Below, piece by piece: positions 58,272 through 64,000 of a stretch of DNA of 64,000 nt (its first letter is position 1; every line of letters begins with the position of its first letter). Below the pieces are notes generated by a model. It saw only the letters and a list, made by a program, of their open reading frames with translations. It was not told the origin of the DNA and made no database searches. This DNA comes from the human T2T-CHM13v2.0 reference genome, Homo sapiens. Position numbers and translations under genes: made by a program. The DNA is taken from assembly GCF_009914755.1 (NCBI RefSeq), contig NC_060932.1, one strand, 5' to 3'.

Positions 58272-58650
58272 CTGTTTCAAGTAAAAGTAATCAAAGAAGA
58301 TGAGATAATGAGATAGAAGTAGTCACTCCTGTCATGTAGATTAAATTTATATACATGTGGTGAAAGAAATGCACAAAGGAAATATATATGATGCTATGGA
58401 AAATAATAGGTACATCTATTTGAGATTGGGGTGTGGGCATAGGAAAAGCCTGTGAGAATGACTGCATTTCTTGGAAATAGAGAACTGACTTTCTAGTAGG
58501 GCAAAATGAATCTTTCTTGCGTGCCTTTTTTCCTTCCTCCCTTCTTTCCTTTCTTCCTTTCTTCCTTCTTTCCTTCCTTCTTCTCTCTTTTTAGTTAAAA
58601 GGGAGAACTACTCCTTTGAAAGGAATCCTAGACAATAAGGCTTCACATAC

Positions 58651-58814
58651 TACTGCCCATCAGTAGAGTCCAGAAATTATAAAATAATAACCCTACCAAA
58701 ATTGGGTTTGTCTCAGCCATCCTCAGAGAGTAGAGAATAAATATTCAGATCTGGAAGCTACAGTCGATTTTGTTGTTGTCAAGAAGATAGAGAATATATA
58801 TTTATTATCAGTTC
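58651..58814 (-). pseudogene. RGS-repeat exon remnant
   Basis: gatcttttag|G…GTA|gtatgt; ILYLLDNNKIDCSFQI*IF…LLFYNFW. Confidence 0.5.
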
Positions 58815-58972
58815 CTAAAAGATCAGTAAAAGTCCTTTTTCTAAATTATTAATTATAATAATCATAGTAACAATGATGATGATGACAGGCTATTAACCAT
58901 GTGCCAGTTCCTGCTTCAGGCATATCCTTTGTCTAATGTCATTTAATGCTGATAATAGTCTGCTTTATTCAC

Positions 58973-59368
58973 CTCAGTACCCAAAGGGCTTTGTCTAAAG
59001 AGGCATGAAAAACTGAATCGGTTCTTGTAGGTCCAACTCTCGGAGAAGCCACATGAGAAGCAGAAGCAGACAAGGAGGAGAGCATTGCGGTGTCAGATGA
59101 GGGTATAGGAAAGAGGGTTTAAGCTGCTCCATGTACAGTCAGGCAAGATGTCAAAAAGTGATTTTAATTCCAGGACAAATATCAATGTATTTGTTTAATC
59201 TTTCCTTCAACACAACATGTTTTGACATCAAGCACATGTCAATGATGATATATCAATAAGAATAATTGCAATTCTCATTTATAGTACTATGTTATGGCTA
59301 TGGATATGGGCTCTGGAACTCAGAGAGGAAGATCTAGTCTGTGGTCATCTAGTGATGCTTTCATGGAC
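58973..59368 (-). pseudogene. RGS-repeat exon remnant (full repeat, single frame)
   Basis: cccaatctcag|G TCC…TGAG|gtgaat; SMKASLDDHRL…ELQLFLLIYHH…KIKQIH*YL…PTRTDSVFHASLDKALWVL. Confidence 0.7.
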
Positions 59369-59554
59369 CTGAGATTGGGAAAGAGTAGCCTGTATACCAG
59401 GTACTCACCAATCTTTTGCTTTCCACATAAGAAATGTGAGGCCTTACAAGGGAGAATAATTTGCTCTAAGTCCCATGGTAAGCTACTGGCAAAGTCGCAA
59501 TCCACATCAAGTTGCTGAACACCTGGGCTACTGCATTTTCAGTGTGCTAAATGA

Positions 59555-59780
59555 CCCTATGTCAGAGATCAGATTGACATTTGGGCCACCTGCTCCTTCA
59601 AAGGTTGAAACTGGGTTCAATCTGACTGATAATAACTTGAGAAAGACACCTGGAAAACTCACTCACAATGTGACAAATACAACCAGGCAAGAGAGTGTGG
59701 ATGACTCAATGTCCACACACTCCACTCTTTGAAACCATGTCAGAGCCTAGGCTCACCCCATAAAAAGAACAGTATTTTTC
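59555..59780 (-). pseudogene. RGS-repeat exon remnant (approximate)
   Basis: LWGEPRL*HGFKEW…TLSHPHSLAW…TFEGAGGPNVNLISDI (cf. FI..EAPKEVNID). Confidence 0.55.
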
Positions 59781-59790
59781 CTGTGTGCAA

Positions 59791-60213
59791 CTCCCTGACA
59801 GGCCCTGGTGTGTGATGCCCCCCTCCCCACGTCCATGTGTTCTCATTGTTCGACTCCCACTTTGAGAACATGGTTTTCTGTTCTTGTGTTAGTTTGCTGA
59901 GAATGATGGTTTCCAGCTTCATCTGTGTCCCTGCAAAGGATATGAACTCATCCTTTTTATGACTGCATAGTATTCCATGGCATATATATGCCACATTTTC
60001 TTTATCCAGTCTATCATTGATGGGCATTTGGGTTGGTTCCAAGTCTTTGCTTTTGTGAACAGTGCCACAATAAACATACACATGCATGTGTCTTTATAGT
60101 AGAATGATTTATAATCCCTTGGGTATGTAACCATGGCATGTGTATACCTATGTAACAAACCTGCACATTCTGCACATGTATCCCAGAACTTCAAGTACAA
60201 TTAAAAAAAAAAA
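59791..60213. mobile_element. 5'-inverted (twin-primed) truncated L1PA (about L1PA7-8)
   Basis: 59791-~60127 is antisense L1 3' sequence; ~60131-60213 is the sense 3' end plus poly(A). Confidence 0.85.
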
Positions 60214-60229
60214 GAAACTGAGGTCAGGC

Positions 60230-60433
60230 TACTTCTCAAGGGTCCTTTTCTCCCTCATGTATGAACCTTCAAATTAAGCCACTTTTGCCTGCAAATGCCC
60301 ACAAAGAGAATGGACGGCTATTTTGATTTATTTCTACGAAGCACAGGGTTAATGAATTGTGTACTTCCTATCATTTTTAAAGTTATTTTATGAAGGCAAA
60401 AGGATAGAAGACTCTGGGATAGTTTCTCAAAAA
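60230..60433 (-). pseudogene. RGS-repeat exon remnant
   Basis: ttgcttgtag|TT TTT GAG; VFEKLSQSLLSFCLHKITLKMIGSTQF…PFSLWAFAGKSGLI*RFIHE. Confidence 0.6.
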
Positions 60434-60679
60434 CTACAAGCAAATAGTTGAAGTGTCACCCAGCAGAGTACAAAACAGAGAGCACTTAATCAAGCATCTA
60501 CATAGCTGGGTTTTATTCCTGGCCTGAGTGTGACCTTGGGCAAGAAACTTGGACACTAGAGGCTTCGGTTTCCCCATCTATAAAAAGATAAGCTCTGATG
60601 TCTCTTGTTTTTCTGCCTTTTCACAACTTTAAAATTAAGAATATACATAAAATAGACAAAGTTATGGTAAAGCACAGCA

Positions 60680-61129
60680 GCAAGCGTCATCTCTGGACTG
60701 GAGATCCAGGGCTCATAGCATGAGACTATAGAGTCAATGAATACACAGGGGTCTTTATATTCCAGTCCACTGCCAAAGGAACATTGAGGGGAAATTCCGG
60801 TCTCATTCCCAGGCTTTTTTTCCTATGAATCCTCATCCAATTTAAGCACATAATATTGCATATTCCGTATCTAACTTTTCCCACCAAAATAGAACACATT
60901 TGCACTTCCAGAAACTTTTCAGAAGAAACTGCTTAAAACCCACAAATTTATAAATTAAAAGTACAGACTGTGATTTGTATCATTTTTACAGAGAAAAAAA
61001 CATGTGAGTAGTCTAAATAAAACATCGTGTCAGAAGCAGAATATATTATTTGGCAACACGAATGTTCCCAGTACTTGGTGAAACTAATGTTCAAGATGCA
61101 GTGAGCTCAAGGAATGAAAATGACTATAT
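60680..61129 (-). pseudogene. RGS-repeat exon remnant (about 1.5 repeats; 3' boundary approximate)
   Basis: FIP*AHCILNI…PNNIFCF*HDVLFRLL…SVLLIYKFVGFKQFLLKSFWKCKCVLFWWE (LFWWE 60878-60892)…IGKKAWE*DRNF. Confidence 0.8.
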
Positions 61130-61199
61130 CTATGGAATATAGAATTTTAAAAAGAGCTCTTTTACAGGCTTCATCTCATTCTCCAGCATCTTTTAGTTT

Positions 61200-61780
61200 T
61201 TAAATTATCATGAAGCAAAATTAACTTTTATGCAAATACAGTTTTATGCAGTTTAAAACATTGTATAGATTCATCTAATCATCACTTTCAATTTACACAG
61301 GGAACCATGCAATCTACCTCAAAAACTCATTCAGGATATGCCTTTTAGCTACCCCGTTGCCCCACACCCCAACCTTTAGCAACCAACTGATGTGTTCTCT
61401 GTGAATATTTTTTTTCTTTGTGAGACATAGTCTCTAACATATTCATCATCTAATATGTTGTGAAACAAAAAATGGCCTCTTTCACTCACCTGTGGGATTC
61501 ATTCAGGATATTCATCTATTGATATTGCATTCTTTGTTACTGGTGAGTAGTATTCCAATATGCCACAGTTTGTTTATCTATTCATCTATTGAAGAGCATT
61601 TGGGTTGTTTACAGTTTTGGCTGATCATGAATGCAGATGTAATAAGCATTCATGAATACAATTTTGTGTGGACACAGGTTTTCATGGTTCTCGGGTAAAT
61701 ACTTAGGTGTGGGTCATACTGTAAGTGCATGTTTAACTTTGTAATAAACTGTCAAACTGTTTTCCTGAGTCACTGCACTA
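61200..61780 (-). mobile_element. Old L1M 3' fragment
   Basis: ccacagtttgtttatctattcatctattgaagagcatttgggttgtttacag…aaactgtcaaactgttttcc. Confidence 0.75.
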
Positions 61781-62661
61781 GTCACAGACATCTTTGCATG
61801 AATGCATACATGAAGTTGATACATAATTTTCTTAACTAACTTCACCCTCTTCTACACCTATTGTACCTTATTACCCAGCCACATCAAGGGAATTTCACAC
61901 CCCAGAGTCCACCAAGGTCTTTCTCACTTTTAGTCTAATTTTTCTTCCTGAATTGCCCAATCGTTTTGGAAAACTTAGTATTTTAAAAACATAGTTGAAA
62001 GAAAAACTCTTTAGCTCTTCCTTGACCTTCCATTCAAGCAGAATAGTTCTTGCATTGTTTCCTAATCATGCTTCTTCCACCAAATCCTGACTATTGACAA
62101 GGCAGGAGCAAAGAACTTCTTGATATTCTGCCTTCATCCATTTATTTATTTATTCACACATTTAACAAATATTTATTGAGTATCTATTATGGTTCCAGGG
62201 ATTGCATCGGTTTCCAGGTTAAAGCCTAGCCTAGTTTCTGGCACAATTGAGAAGCAGTTAGGACATAGAGAGCATAACTGACATGGCCAAGCTTAAATAT
62301 ACTTGAAAAATAAAGACTAGATCTATCAATTGTTCCTTCGGCTGTCTCTTAATTAAACCATACCTCACCCCAGTGGCAATTACATTATTCTAAAACTGTC
62401 TTTGGAGGGAAAGGACTGTTTCATTAATTTTTGTACCACATGAGCTGACATAAGGATGCCCAGTAAATATTTGTTAGTGGAGACTGTATTTTACAGTGGT
62501 AGCTTTTCCATTTGATACAAAACTGAGTTGTTTTTAAAAATATTCCATTGGACAATAAATGTTTTGTGTTTATATTGAAAGACCTAGTCCAACAAAAATT
62601 ATATCTTATAATAATAAGATATTCTTTTTTATTTTCTTTTCTTTTTTACTGTAAAGTAAAC

Positions 62662-62849
62662 CCTCTCATTTCATATTCTGTGTAGTAAGCATATTTTCTC
62701 TTTGGCTGCTCATTTTCTTTGACATCCGAGATTTGCTTAAATAATTGGCCTGCAACAGCAGTTTGTAATGCCTTTGGTAGTGCCTAGACAACAAGGCATT
62801 GTGGTAATTCAGTGGCTTTGTTGAAATAGCTGCTCAGTTTAATAAATAC
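62662..62849 (-). pseudogene. RGS C-terminal exon remnant
   Basis: gtttaatag|GTA; SSYFNKATELPQCLVV*ALPKALQT…, only one stop in about 62 codons. Confidence 0.55.
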
Positions 62850-63019
62850 CTATTAAACCTGTTGTTTAACTAATGCACCATTTATTCATCAAACACCCAT
62901 TGATAGCCAGTATCACACAAGGTGCTGGGACTGCGCAGATGAATAACACATTGTCCTGAACATTCCAAATAAGAAAAGGACACTGTGCAATCTAGTCCAG
63001 GAAGGATGGGGACAAATGG

Positions 63020-63228
63020 TTACTAAAGAATGCATTCCGTGGAGATTTGAAGATTACCACCTACTTCTATATCCTTGGCTGCTTATTCTTTTGTTTCAAG
63101 TTCAACAATGCAAATCCCTCAGGGTTTCTTATAGACTTATAATGAAGGATGTTGGATTTAGCCAACATTCCCACATTTCTCAGATACTCTCTGCATCCAA
63201 GTGTGATTAATACTCTTCTGAAGCTCTC
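63020..63228 (-). pseudogene. RGS-repeat exon remnant (3' boundary approximate)
   Basis: cttcattttag|GAG AGC TTC; ESFRRVLITLGCREYLRN…NILHY…EGFALL-fs-AAKDI. Confidence 0.75.
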
Positions 63229-64000
63229 CTAAAATGAAGTTAACATAAGCAAGAATGTATTAAAGCAGCATATATTTAAATCCTTTACATTATAAATTGG
63301 CATCATCAGAAACCTGGAATATTAGACATTCTTTTTGTTCCTTATGTTAGTTAAACCTAAGTAACTGTATATAGTAGGCCAATATACTTAACAACAACAC
63401 AGTTACTATCTCCACATAAAGCTCATAGCCTAAAGTGGAAAAAAAAAAAGGACAGGAAAACATGTGGCTATACTATGAGAATATGAAAGAAGGAGGCATT
63501 AGCTTTGTTTGGACAAAGGGAGTCAGGTGACTTCTTAGAGGAAAAGACACTTAAATGAATCCTGAAGAATTAAGCACTCATCAAATAGACAAGGGACCAA
63601 AAGTATTTATAGAGGAAAGTCAAGGAGTTAGAAAGCACATGACATTTTAAGGAAACTAAGTGTTTAATAATGCCTTGATGAGCTGGTAGAATCTATTACT
63701 AGTAGAATATATAGGATCTTTATTTTTTACATTGGTGCATTTCAAGCACCTTAATGAGTTCCTGACCCATAGTAGGTGCTCAATAAATATTTGTTAAATG
63801 AGAAGCAAGAGATGTTGTTGGTAAGAAGGAGGAAAATAAGGAAGAAGCAAGGTTGGAACCAGAGATCAGCAAGGGAAACAGGTTCCAGGATAGGGTTTTG
63901 TGGTCATCACTGGGGGGGTCATTAGATCTACGAGACTAGGATTCAGGGAGACATTGAGTGCATTCATTTCCCCATCTCCTTGCACACAACTTCATATCTA

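Noticed and set aside
62490-62583. Possible further RGS exon (SFN…HLLSNG / PMEYF*KQL)
   Set aside because: Motifs fall in different frames and are weak; left uncalled.

Overview
Primate (human-like) AT-rich genomic DNA with no intact protein-coding gene. Much of it is ordinary interspersed repeats: one full-length but inactivated L1PA2-type LINE-1 (15699-21728, minus strand), Alus, THE1/MST/MLT1/MER50/MER39-like LTRs, MER DNA transposons, L2 and MIR. The notable signal is in the non-repeat gaps. Translated by hand on the minus strand, about 45 exon-sized blocks spread over the whole 64 kb repeatedly give RGS (regulator of G-protein signalling) domain motifs, e.g. LLFWKLSDEFRK, LEFW..FKKLP, QNIE/FWLQQECFQK, RRIFPYFQINSYPNF and FKQFLLKSF..VLFWWE..KKAWE. 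Many blocks keep AG/GT splice sites, and most carry stops and frameshifts. This looks like the decayed fossil of a very large spliced gene made of roughly 30 or more tandem RGS repeats, running off both ends of the window. I do not recognise it as any named human gene. All protein-family and repeat-subfamily calls are by eye, without database searches, and exon boundaries marked approximate are uncertain.
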